Below, piece by piece: positions 1 through 8,953 of a stretch of DNA of 41,320 bases. The stretch's first letter is position 1. Each line of letters begins with the position of its first letter. The notes under the pieces were generated by a model that searched no databases, had not been told where the DNA came from, and worked only from the letters and a program-made list of their open reading frames with translations. The stretch is taken from the sequence record DRR723986_8093; one strand, given 5' to 3'. The position numbers and the translations under genes are program-made.

Positions 1-1
1 C

Positions 2-1285
2 CCGACCTGCGGCTCCTGCTCCGGCATGTTTACCGCCAACTCCATGAACTGCCTGACGGAAGCGCTGGGCCTCAGCCTGCCGGGCAATGGCTCAACCCTG
101 GCGACCCACGCCGACCGCGAACAGCTGTTCCTGCGCGCCGGCCGGCTGGTGGTGGAACTGTGCAAGCGCTACTACGAGCAGGATGATGAGTCCGTGCTGC
201 CGCGCAACATCGGCAACTTCAAGGCTTTCGAGAATGCCATGTGCCTGGACATCGCCATGGGCGGCTCGACCAATACCATCCTGCACCTGCTGGCCGCCGC
301 CCAGGAGGCGGAGCTGGCTTTCACCATGGCGGACATCGACCGCCTGTCGCGCAAAGTGCCGCAGCTGTGCAAGGTCGCGCCCAATACCCAGAAGTACCAT
401 ATGGAAGATGTGCACCGCGCCGGCGGGGTCATGGGTATCCTCGGGGAACTCGACCGGGCGGGCCTGCTGCACCGCGACTGCACGACGGTGCACAGCCCGA
501 CCATGGGTGATGCCCTGGCTCGCTGGGATGTGGCGCAGAGCGACGATGAACAGGTCCACCGGCTGTACAGTGCCGGACCCGGCGGTATCCCCACCCAGAC
601 GGCCTTCAGCCAGGACACCCGCTGGCCCAGCCTGGACCTGGACCGCGCCAATGGCTGCATCCGCAGCCTGGACAATGCCTACTCCCAGGAAGGCGGTCTG
701 GCGGTACTGTTCGGCAATATCGCCGAGGACGGCTGTGTGGTGAAAACCTCCGGCGTGGACGAGGACATTCACGTGTTCTCCGGGCCAGCCTATGTGTGCG
801 AAAGCCAGGAGACCGCCGTGGCGGACATCCTCGCTGACAAGGTGAAGCCAGGTAACGTGGTGGTGATCCGCTACGAGGGGCCGCGCGGTGGGCCCGGTAT
901 GCAGGAAATGCTCTACCCCACCAGCTACCTCAAGTCCAAAGGCCTCGGCAAGGTCTGCGCCCTGCTCACCGACGGCCGGTTTTCTGGCGGCACCTCGGGC
1001 CTGTCCATCGGCCACGCCTCGCCGGAAGCCGCAGCCGGGGGCAATATCGCCCTGGTCGAGCCCGGCGATATCATCGAGATCAACATCCCCCAGCGCAGTG
1101 TCAATGTGGTGCTGGACGACGGGGAACTGGCACGCCGGCGGGCGGCGATGGAAGCGCGGGGAGCTAATGCCTGGAAGCCGGCAGAGAGTCGGCCGCGCAA
1201 GGTCAGCGCTGCCCTGAAGGTCTATGCGCGACTGGCGACCAGCGCCGACAAGGGCGCGGTCAGGGATCTGAGCCAGCTGGACTAG
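2..1285 (+). CDS. ilvD: Dihydroxy-acid dehydratase (5' truncated by window edge)
   Basis: Frame open from window start ([17 protein letters not shown]); motifs [36 protein letters not shown]. Confidence 0.98.
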   Translation, partial: PTCGSCSGMFTANSMNCLTEALGLSLPGNGSTLATHADREQLFLRAGRLVVELCKRYYEQDDESVLPRNIGNFKAFENAMCLDIAMGGSTNTILHLLAAAQEAELAFTMADIDRLSRKVPQLCKVAPNTQKYHMEDVHRAGGVMGILGELDRAGLLHRDCTTVHSPTMGDALARWDVAQSDDEQVHRLYSAGPGGIPTQTAFSQDTRWPSLDLDRANGCIRSLDNAYSQEGGLAVLFGNIAEDGCVVKTSGVDEDIHVFSGPAYVCESQETAVADILADKVKPGNVVVIRYEGPRGGPGMQEMLYPTSYLKSKGLGKVCALLTDGRFSGGTSGLSIGHASPEAAAGGNIALVEPGDIIEINIPQRSVNVVLDDGELARRRAAMEARGANAWKPAESRPRKVSAALKVYARLATSADKGAVRDLSQLD

Positions 1286-2142
1286 GCGCCTGGCTCCGGC
1301 TGTTCGAGGCCCTGCTCAACCAGGGCCTTCAGGTCCGCGCTCAGGTCAGCCAGCTCGCGACGCAAGCGCCGGTCCTGTTTGTCGGATCTGCTGTTCAGCG
1401 TATCGGCGATCACCTGGTACACCACTGCCTGATTGTGATTGTAGGTCTCCGAGTAGGCGTCGGAGACCGTCTCTTCCCGCTCCCTGATCGCGGATCGCAG
1501 CTGCACTTCCCAACCCGGCTCGCGCACCAGGATCTGTTCCAGGCGATCTATCCAGGCCGCGCGCTCTGACAGCCAAATCGAATCGGACCGGATCAGCTCG
1601 CCGGCGGCCTGCTCGAGCCGGTTTTTCTGCTCCGGGCTCAGGCGGCCAAGGTAATCCTGCAGGTTGTCGCGCAGGTTCTCGTAAGCTTCCTCACGGTAGT
1701 CCTCATCGCTGCGGGGCAGGTACTTGTTCTCGTACTTTTCCTGGCGCTCGCGCAGCTCGCCGATAAAGTCCGCCATCTGCTCGTCACTGAGCTGACCTCC
1801 GAGGCCAAGCAACCATTCCAGCCCGCGATACTCGAGTCGCAGCCAGGCCTGTTCTGCCGCCAGGGTCAGGGATTCCAGGCCCTGCGGGGTCACCGGGGCG
1901 TCGATCAGGCGTTCAGCCTGCGCCAGGATCTCAAGGTAACGGGGCAGCTCCTCTGCCCTGTGCCATGCCAGGAACGGGTCCAGCTGCTGCTCAAGGTAAC
2001 GATCCTGCTCGCGATCCAGCTCCACGTATCGGTCGACGTACCAGGGGATAAAGAAATCCAGGCGGTTGTAGAAGAAGGTGGTGCTGCTACAGCCGGCCAT
2101 CACCAACAGCGAGAGCAGCACGAGTAAACGCTTCACTTGCAT
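1282..2142 (-). CDS. Helical lipoprotein, probably DUF6279 family
   Basis: Signal peptide with lipobox [21 protein letters not shown] and [10 protein letters not shown] motifs; SD-like GGGAGG upstream; 4-bp convergent overlap with ilvD. Confidence 0.75.
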   Translation of the reverse strand: MQVKRLLVLLSLLVMAGCSSTTFFYNRLDFFIPWYVDRYVELDREQDRYLEQQLDPFLAWHRAEELPRYLEILAQAERLIDAPVTPQGLESLTLAAEQAWLRLEYRGLEWLLGLGGQLSDEQMADFIGELRERQEKYENKYLPRSDEDYREEAYENLRDNLQDYLGRLSPEQKNRLEQAAGELIRSDSIWLSERAAWIDRLEQILVREPGWEVQLRSAIREREETVSDAYSETYNHNQAVVYQVIADTLNSRSDKQDRRLRRELADLSADLKALVEQGLEQPEPGA

Positions 2143-2159
2143 TGCAGCCCTCCCGGCGG

Positions 2160-3260
2160 TTAGCGCCAGATTGGCAGGGTCTCGCCAATCGGCTCGGAAA
2201 TTTTCACTTCGGACGCCACCTGCTCCACCCGGTTGCGGCCGTTTGCCTTGGCCCGGTAAAGCGCTTCATCAGCCTGCCTGACCCAGTCATCCGAGGAGTC
2301 TGCGGCGCTGACCTCGCACACACCGATGCTGATGGTCATGGTCCTTTCCGGCAGGATTGCAGCATCCTGCACCCGCTTGCGCAGGTCATTGGCCAGCAGG
2401 GCGGCGCGCGATGCGCTGGTCTCCGGCAGCAGGACGGCGAATTCCTCACCGCCGTGGCGGCACAGGGTATCTACGCCCCGAATCCGGTCCTGGACGACTT
2501 TTACCAGGGCCTGGAGGGCAGCATCACCGGCCGCATGCCCCAGTTCATCGTTGATCCGCTTGAAATAGTCCACATCGAGCAGCAGCAGGGTGGAGAGCCG
2601 CCGGTGGCGCTGCCAGAGGGAGAAGGCATTCCTGACCTCATTCTGGAAGTGACGACGATTCTTCGCGCCGGTGAGCGGATCGAGAATCACCAGATCCAGG
2701 AAATGCCGGGACTGGTGGTTGACCGCCCGCATCAGCCACCAGCTGACCAGCAGGGTGTGCACCATGCTCAGGGCGATGATCAGGGCGAGTCCCCGGTCGA
2801 AGCTCTGGAACACCAGCGGCACTGCCACCAACAGGCAGGCTATGCCGAGCCACAGGGCTGCGCCGGTACTGAGCACCGTGGGCACCGCAACCAGAAGCGG
2901 GTAGATCCAGAACAGGCTGTAATCCTGGCCGTAGACCGCAGACAACACCACCAGCGGCAGGGTCAGCAACAGGACAATCGCCGGGGACAGGAAGGCCGAC
3001 CGACCGACCGCAAGCAACCACAGGTTGGCGGCAAACACGCCGGACAGCAGCAGACCCGCGATGGCGGGCAGGAATTGCCCGGTGCTGATGTGATGAACGA
3101 TAAGCGGCGCAAGGATAAGGCCGAGAAGTAGCAGGATATGGAGGTTCGCATTGCGCCGACGGCGCTGGTGGGCAGGGCTGGTCTCGGCGCCCACCAGTGC
3201 CGGCCCGGGCCTGACCAGGTCGCCGGTAAACGCCTCCCGCATTAACTGGCTGAATGCCAC
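2160..3260 (-). CDS. Membrane-anchored GGDEF diguanylate cyclase
   Basis: Several N-terminal hydrophobic helices; DPLTG, DVDYFKRINDELGH, RxxD I-site (RGVD) and intact GGEEF active site. Confidence 0.93.
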   Translation of the reverse strand: MAFSQLMREAFTGDLVRPGPALVGAETSPAHQRRRRNANLHILLLLGLILAPLIVHHISTGQFLPAIAGLLLSGVFAANLWLLAVGRSAFLSPAIVLLLTLPLVVLSAVYGQDYSLFWIYPLLVAVPTVLSTGAALWLGIACLLVAVPLVFQSFDRGLALIIALSMVHTLLVSWWLMRAVNHQSRHFLDLVILDPLTGAKNRRHFQNEVRNAFSLWQRHRRLSTLLLLDVDYFKRINDELGHAAGDAALQALVKVVQDRIRGVDTLCRHGGEEFAVLLPETSASRAALLANDLRKRVQDAAILPERTMTISIGVCEVSAADSSDDWVRQADEALYRAKANGRNRVEQVASEVKISEPIGETLPIWR

Positions 3261-3394
3261 CCCTGGTTCTCCGCTAGTTATCGCTGCCGCGCCGGCAGCC
3301 CCGGCCGCAGCATTTGTAGGGCATTATTATCATAGTTACCCGCGAGTTCCCACAGCACAGGACACCAAGTCCTTACAGTCTTTGCCGGGCGCGC

Positions 3395-3835
3395 TCAGGG
3401 ATAATCCAGACCGTCAGTGGCAAACAGCATCCCGGGATTGCGGAAGGTTTTGAACTCCAGGTGATTGCCTGCGGGATCGCGGATAAACAGGGTACGCTGC
3501 TCACCCTGGCGGCCGGCAAAGCGCGTCGTTGGCGGGATAACCCAGGCGACACCCTGCGCTTCGAGCCGCGCGATGAAACCATCGAATTCCGACCAGTCCA
3601 GGATCACCCCGAAATGCGAGGCCGGCACATCCTCGTCGTCCACCGGGTTAGTCGCCACGCCGGGCATCTGGCCCGGCTCAACCAGGTGCACAACAAGCTG
3701 GTGACCAAAGAAATCGTAATCGATCCAGCGCGCCGACTCCCGCCCGCGCCGGCAGCCCAGGCGCTCACCATAGAAAGTGGCGGCGGCGGCGAGGTCGTCG
3801 ACCGGTAGGGCCAGATGAAACAGGGGGGTCGTCAT
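3395..3835 (-). CDS. VOC/glyoxalase family protein
   Basis: FHLALPVDDL, DFFGHQLVVH, HFGVIL, DPAGNHLEFK motifs; start moved to ATG 3835 because the longer ORF overlaps the upstream gene. Confidence 0.88.
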   Translation of the reverse strand: MTTPLFHLALPVDDLAAAATFYGERLGCRRGRESARWIDYDFFGHQLVVHLVEPGQMPGVATNPVDDEDVPASHFGVILDWSEFDGFIARLEAQGVAWVIPPTTRFAGRQGEQRTLFIRDPAGNHLEFKTFRNPGMLFATDGLDYP

Positions 3836-3839
3836 GGAA

Positions 3840-4796
3840 TCACCAGGGAAGTTTATCGAGATCAAGGTTACCACCAGAGATAACCGCCACCACCTTGCGT
3901 CCGGCAAACCGCTCGGGATGTTCCAGGACACCGGCAAAACTAACCGCCCCCGAGGGCTCTGACACGGTCTTCAAGCGCGTCCACTGCAGGCGCATTGCCT
4001 CGACGATACGCGTGTCCTCGACAGTCAACATGGTATCCACGTGACGCTGGATAAGGGCGAAATTGCGCACGCCCAGGCTGGCGCGCAGGCCATCGGCAAT
4101 CGTATCCGGATTGGTCTGGGGAATAATCCGGCCAAGGCCGAAGGAACGGAACGCATCGTCCGCCCCCGCCGGCTCCACCGCCAGCACCTCCACGTCCGGG
4201 CGCAGGCTTTTTACTGCCAGCGCCATGCCGGCGAGCAGGCCGCCACCACCAACCGGGATGGCGATGACCTGCACATCCGGTACCTGCTCGAGGATCTCCA
4301 GCCCAACCGTGGCCTGGCCAGCAATAACCCGGGCATCGTCGTAGGGATGGACAACATGGGCGCCGGTATCGCCAACCACCGTCGCCAGGGTTGCCTCCCG
4401 CGCTTCCAGGGTCGGTGCACACTCGACAATCTGCGCGCCGTAGCTGGCCACCGCCGCTTTCTTTACCGCCGGTGCATTACTCGGCATGACGACCGTCGCC
4501 GCAATCCCACGGCTGGCCGCAGCCATGGCCAGGGCGGCCCCGTGATTGCCGGAAGAATGGGTCGCCACTCCCAGCGCAGCCTGCGCATCGCTCAGGCTAA
4601 ACACGGCATTGCAGGCTCCCCGCGCCTTGAAAGCGCCGGTTTTCTGCAGGTTTTCACACTTGAAAGACACCCTGGCCCCGCTGATCTCGTCGAGCAGGCG
4701 ACTGTGGTAAACCGGTGTGCCGTGCACATGGGGAGCGATGCGCCGCGCCGCGGCACGAACATCGTCGATGGTGGGAAGATCGTCAGCGCTTGTCAT
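3840..4796 (-). CDS. PLP-dependent serine racemase / Ser-Thr dehydratase family enzyme (no ACT domain)
   Basis: KCENLQKTGAFKARG PLP-lysine motif, THSSGNH, PVGGGGL, SGGNLD; 318 aa. Confidence 0.9.
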   Translation of the reverse strand: MTSADDLPTIDDVRAAARRIAPHVHGTPVYHSRLLDEISGARVSFKCENLQKTGAFKARGACNAVFSLSDAQAALGVATHSSGNHGAALAMAAASRGIAATVVMPSNAPAVKKAAVASYGAQIVECAPTLEAREATLATVVGDTGAHVVHPYDDARVIAGQATVGLEILEQVPDVQVIAIPVGGGGLLAGMALAVKSLRPDVEVLAVEPAGADDAFRSFGLGRIIPQTNPDTIADGLRASLGVRNFALIQRHVDTMLTVEDTRIVEAMRLQWTRLKTVSEPSGAVSFAGVLEHPERFAGRKVVAVISGGNLDLDKLPW

Positions 4797-4826
4797 CCGC
4801 CAAGTATCGCGCTTGCTGCCCCGGGT

Positions 4827-5516
4827 TCAAAGCCCCGTTTTCACTTCCAGCCCCCAGCCGGCGCGTCGCCAGAGAAAATAACCCAGCAGGAAGTTGCACT
4901 GCAGCAACAGGGACAGCAGCCATTCGAAGGCATCCTCGATCGTGTCGTAAAACGCGCCGTCCCAGGCGTCCAGGGCCACGGTGAGCAGGCCCAGGGCCAG
5001 CAGCAGCTGGCACACTGAGCCCATCGCCCGGGCCAGTCCCTGCACCGCGGGCAGCTGCTGGCGCAATTGGCGCAACTGGGCAACCAGCAGCAGCTGGGCG
5101 AGGAAGGTGAAGGAGAAAAAGAGCACCGTACCCGCGCGGCGCTGGCGCGCCCAGAGCTCACCCGCCTCTCCCAGCACGGTGACATACAGCACCAGGCCGA
5201 CACAGGCGAGCACACCCAGGGCCAGCATCCAGTCACCCACGCGGCTCGCGCCCAAATCCGCACGGCGGCGCTGCTCTTGCAACCAGGCATGATTAAGCCA
5301 CCAGTAGGCCGCCATGAACACGGCAGCGGGCAGCATGGTCGCCCGGAACAGGTAGCTTGCGGGGGGCTTGCGCCCGGTGGCACTGATCGAGGTACAGCTA
5401 TCGATATAGGGCAGACACCAGTCCACGTTGCCGCTGCTTGCGGCCAGCAAATAGGTCAGGTGGACAGCGAAAAACGGAACCAGCGCCGCCAACAGGGCTA
5501 CGATGCGCACATTCAT
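4827..5516 (-). CDS. Hypothetical multi-pass membrane protein
   Basis: About six hydrophobic segments; CLPYIDSCTSISATG loop; start moved to ATG 5516 to avoid overlap with the divergent symporter. Confidence 0.7.
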   Translation of the reverse strand: MNVRIVALLAALVPFFAVHLTYLLAASSGNVDWCLPYIDSCTSISATGRKPPASYLFRATMLPAAVFMAAYWWLNHAWLQEQRRRADLGASRVGDWMLALGVLACVGLVLYVTVLGEAGELWARQRRAGTVLFFSFTFLAQLLLVAQLRQLRQQLPAVQGLARAMGSVCQLLLALGLLTVALDAWDGAFYDTIEDAFEWLLSLLLQCNFLLGYFLWRRAGWGLEVKTGL

Positions 5517-5588
5517 TGGCTGCAGTTTAGCAAGCGCTGCCAGGGGCTGTGCTATCCTCCGACCCTTCCCCTGCAATTCTCCCTTGAT

Positions 5589-6935
5589 ATGGAACGACTG
5601 GAATACCTGTCTGTACAGTTCGTCGACGCGGTGTGGGGTACGCCCCTGGTCGTGCTGTTGCTGGGGGGCGGGCTGTTCTTCGCCCTGTACTCTCGGTTCC
5701 TGCCCTATCGCCACTTCGGCCATGGGCTGGGGATTATGCTCGGCCGACACGACACCCCCGACCAGCCCGGCGAGCTCAGCCACGGCCAGGCTCTTGCCGC
5801 AGCACTGTCGGGAACCATGGGCCTGGGTAACCTGTCCGGAGTCGCCCTGGCCATCGTGGCCGGCGGCCCCGGGGCGGTATTCTGGATGTGGATGTCAGCA
5901 CTGGCCGGTATTGCGACCAAGTTCTTCACCTGCACCCTGGGCGTCATGTACCGCGGTAAAGACAGCATGGGCCAGCTGCAGGGCGGACCCCAGTACGTGA
6001 TCCGCGAGGCCATGCCCCGCGCCTTCTACCCGCTGGCGGTTATCTTTTCCCTGGCGGGACTGGTGGGCACCCTGCCCATGTTCCAGGCCAACCAGCTCAC
6101 CGCCCTGGTGCGCGAGAATATCAGCTTCGGCGGCGATCCCATGCTGGTGAAACTGGCGATCGGCGCCACAATCGCCCTCGTTGTTGGCCTGGTGATTTTT
6201 GGCGGCCTGCAACGGGTGGCCCGGGTCGCGGTAACCCTGTTGCCGCTGATGGTTGCGATCTACCTGACCATGACGGCGCTGGTGATCGCCTACAACGCCG
6301 AGCACGTGCCGGCCATCCTCGCCAGCATCGTGCGCGAAGCGTTCAGCCCACAGGCGGCGGCAGGCGGCTTCCTTGGGGTGGTGCTGATCGGGGTGAGCCG
6401 CGGCGTGTTTTCCAACGAAGCCGGCCTCGGTACCGAGGTCATGGCCCACGGCGCGGCGCGCACCAATGAGCCGATCCGCGAAGGCCTGGTGGCAATGCTC
6501 GGACCGGTGGCCGATACCCTGATTATCTGCACCTGCACCGCGATCGTCATCCTGCTGACGGGAGCCTGGCAGGAGCCGGGCAACCTGTCCGGTGTCACCC
6601 TGACCGCCAACGCCTTCAGCAGCCAGCTGGGGACTCCCGGCGTCATCCTGTTGACCGTGGTTGCCCTGATTCTCAGCAGCACCACAATGTTCGCCGGCTG
6701 GTACTACGGCGCCAAGTGCTTCGGCTTCCTGTTCGGGGCCGAGATTCAGCACTATTACCGCTGGTTTTTTCTCGCCGCAATCATATTCGGGGCAACGGTC
6801 AGCATCGACGTGGTATTCAACCTGATCTCCGGGTCCTACGGCATCATGGCCATTCCCACCATGGTATCGACCCTGTACCTCGCCGGCCGGGTGAAGGCCG
6901 CTGCCAGGGACTATTTTCACCGCCACCCCTACTGA
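5589..6935 (+). CDS. Alanine/glycine:cation symporter (AGCS family)
   Basis: GTMGLGNLSGVA, GGPGAVFWMW, RGVFSNEAGLGT, DTLIICTCT motifs; start at ATG 5589 (MERLEYL). Confidence 0.93.
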   Translation: MERLEYLSVQFVDAVWGTPLVVLLLGGGLFFALYSRFLPYRHFGHGLGIMLGRHDTPDQPGELSHGQALAAALSGTMGLGNLSGVALAIVAGGPGAVFWMWMSALAGIATKFFTCTLGVMYRGKDSMGQLQGGPQYVIREAMPRAFYPLAVIFSLAGLVGTLPMFQANQLTALVRENISFGGDPMLVKLAIGATIALVVGLVIFGGLQRVARVAVTLLPLMVAIYLTMTALVIAYNAEHVPAILASIVREAFSPQAAAGGFLGVVLIGVSRGVFSNEAGLGTEVMAHGAARTNEPIREGLVAMLGPVADTLIICTCTAIVILLTGAWQEPGNLSGVTLTANAFSSQLGTPGVILLTVVALILSSTTMFAGWYYGAKCFGFLFGAEIQHYYRWFFLAAIIFGATVSIDVVFNLISGSYGIMAIPTMVSTLYLAGRVKAAARDYFHRHPY

Positions 6936-6943
6936 ACAGGCAC

Positions 6944-6967
6944 AAAAAAGGCCGGACATGCCGGCCT
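6944..6967 (-). terminator. Intrinsic terminator of leuA
   Basis: Minus strand AGGCCGG-catgt-CCGGCCT followed by a T run, just after the leuA stop. Confidence 0.8.
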
Positions 6968-6986
6968 GTGATTATCCTTTACCCGC

Positions 6987-8660
6987 TCACGCGGCGACGA
7001 AGGCATCCCGCTCTGCGGCCTTGTTGATCGCCCCGAGAATCCCGTCCAGGGATGCCTGCACGATATCGTGACTGCGGCCGACCCCGCAGAAGCGATCGCC
7101 GTCGATATTCAGCTGGATGTAACAGATCGCCTCGGCGTCGGCGCTCTTGCTCAGGGCGTGCTCGCTGTATTCCACCAACACGATCTGCTTGCCGATGAAG
7201 CGCTCCATGGCATCAACAAAGGATGCCACCACGCCGTTCCCGGTGCCCTTCAGTTTGTGGATGGTGCTGCCCTGCACCAGGGCGGCCTGTAACTGGTCGA
7301 CATGGTCGGCCCTGCTCACCTGGTAGTCACCCAGGCGCCAGGTGCCATCGCCGCCGAGGTAGGTTTGTTCGAACAGTTCGAAGATGGCGCCGGATTCCAC
7401 TTCCGACTCACGCTCCTCGGCATAGGCTTGCACGGCGCCGCTAAAATCGATCTGCAGCCAACGCGGCAGTACCAGGCCGTGGTCGCGCTCCAGCACATAG
7501 GCGATCCCGCCCTTGCCAGACTGGCTGTTGATGCGGATTACCTCCTGGTAGGAGCGGCCGATGTCCGCCGGATCGATCGGCAGGTAGGCCACCTCCCAGG
7601 GCTCGCGCGGGTCGCGCCTGGCCAGGCACTTCTTGATGGCATCCTGGTGGCTGCCCGAGAACGCGGTAAACACCAGCTCGCCGGCATAGGGGTGACGCGG
7701 GTGCACTGGCAGCCGGGTACATTCCTTCACCGTCTGGATGATCTCGTCCATCTGCCCGAGATCCAGCTCCGGGTCGATGCCCTGGCTGTAGAGGTTCATG
7801 GCCATGGTGATGATGTCCATGTTGCCGGTGCGTTCGCCATTGCCCATCAGCGTTCCCTCAACCCGGTCGGCGCCGGCCAGCACACCCAGCTCGGCGGCGG
7901 CAACTGCGCAGCCCCGGTCGTTGTGGGTGTGCAAGGAGATAATCAGGCTGTCGCGATTGTCCACCTGGTCACAGAACCACTCGATCTGGTCCGCGTAGAC
8001 ATTGGGGGTGCTCATTTCCACCGTTGCGGGGAGGTTGATGATCACCGGCTTCTCCGGCGTGGGCTGCCAGACAGCGGTCACGGCGTTACAGACCTCCACC
8101 GCGAAATCCAGCTCGGTCCCGGTAAAGCTCTCGGGGGAGTACTCGAAAACCCACTCGGTTTGCGGATAGCGCTCGGCGCACTCCTGCACCAGGCGGGCTC
8201 CCTTGACCGCAATCTCGACAATGCCCGCGCGATCCAGGCCAAACACCTGCTCGCGCTGCACCGTGGAGGTGGAGTTGTACACGTGGACGATCGCCCGGCG
8301 TGCGCCCTCCAGCGCGGCGAAGGTCTTTTCGATCAGGTCGGGGCGCGCCTGGGTCAGGACCTGGATGGTCACGTCCTCAGGAATACGCCCACCCTCGATG
8401 AGCTGGCGCACGAACTCGAAATCGTGGCTGGAGGCGGAGGGAAAGCCCACCTCGATTTCCTTGAACCCGAGCTTGACCAGCTGGTCCCAGAGTTGCGATT
8501 TCTGGCGGGCGGTCATGGGCTCGATCAGTGCCTGGTTGCCATCCCGCAGGTCGACGCTACACCAGCGCGGCGCCCGCTCCAGGGTCCGATCCGGCCAGCG
8601 TCTTGCCGGCATGCGAATGGGCTCGAAGGCCTTGTACTTGCGAAAATCGAAGCTGCTCAT
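6987..8660 (-). CDS. leuA: 2-isopropylmalate synthase (yeast/actinobacterial-type LeuA)
   Basis: APRWCSVDLRDGNQAL, YSPESF, HTHNDRG, GNGERTGN, RINSQSGKGG; C-terminal regulatory domain present. Confidence 0.97.
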   Translation of the reverse strand: MSSFDFRKYKAFEPIRMPARRWPDRTLERAPRWCSVDLRDGNQALIEPMTARQKSQLWDQLVKLGFKEIEVGFPSASSHDFEFVRQLIEGGRIPEDVTIQVLTQARPDLIEKTFAALEGARRAIVHVYNSTSTVQREQVFGLDRAGIVEIAVKGARLVQECAERYPQTEWVFEYSPESFTGTELDFAVEVCNAVTAVWQPTPEKPVIINLPATVEMSTPNVYADQIEWFCDQVDNRDSLIISLHTHNDRGCAVAAAELGVLAGADRVEGTLMGNGERTGNMDIITMAMNLYSQGIDPELDLGQMDEIIQTVKECTRLPVHPRHPYAGELVFTAFSGSHQDAIKKCLARRDPREPWEVAYLPIDPADIGRSYQEVIRINSQSGKGGIAYVLERDHGLVLPRWLQIDFSGAVQAYAEERESEVESGAIFELFEQTYLGGDGTWRLGDYQVSRADHVDQLQAALVQGSTIHKLKGTGNGVVASFVDAMERFIGKQIVLVEYSEHALSKSADAEAICYIQLNIDGDRFCGVGRSHDIVQASLDGILGAINKAAERDAFVAA

Positions 8661-8806
8661 AATCCCTACCTTGAGTTTGAGGCCGGCCGGGGCGGTGGAG
8701 CTGCCGGGGAGCGCTTGCCCTCGTGAGGCTGGCGCGATTCCTGGTGTGGGCGGTAACCCCTACCTGGACTGCGACATTCCACGGACCCTTTACTGGCCGG
8801 AGGAAA

Positions 8807-8912
8807 AGTATAGCGCTGTCAACTGAGCTAAAAACTGCAAATATGGCGTCCGGGGTGTCTAATTGCGCGATAATTCTCTAATATTAGATTTATCTTTATA
8901 TAAATTCTCTCT
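8807..8912. promoter_or_regulatory. Divergent leuA/lrp control region: putative leuA -10 box and AT-rich Lrp-type sites
   Basis: TATACT on minus strand at 8807-8812 with no good -35; AT-rich tract 8860-8925; AATTCTCT at 8872-8879 and 8903-8910. Confidence 0.55.
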
Positions 8913-8953
8913 TTATTGCCTTTTGGGTAGCTAAGAGGCACAGGAGTATTGGG

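Noticed and set aside
5067..5783. Apparent long head-to-head overlap of the symporter and membrane-protein ORFs
   Set aside because: Artefact of first-start calling; starts at 5516 and 5589 leave a normal divergent spacer.
8661..8800. Classical leucine attenuator or known riboswitch upstream of leuA
   Set aside because: No Leu-rich ORF or terminator U-tract; I recognised no core motif of TPP, glycine, c-di-GMP, ZTP, guanidine or Mn riboswitches by eye.
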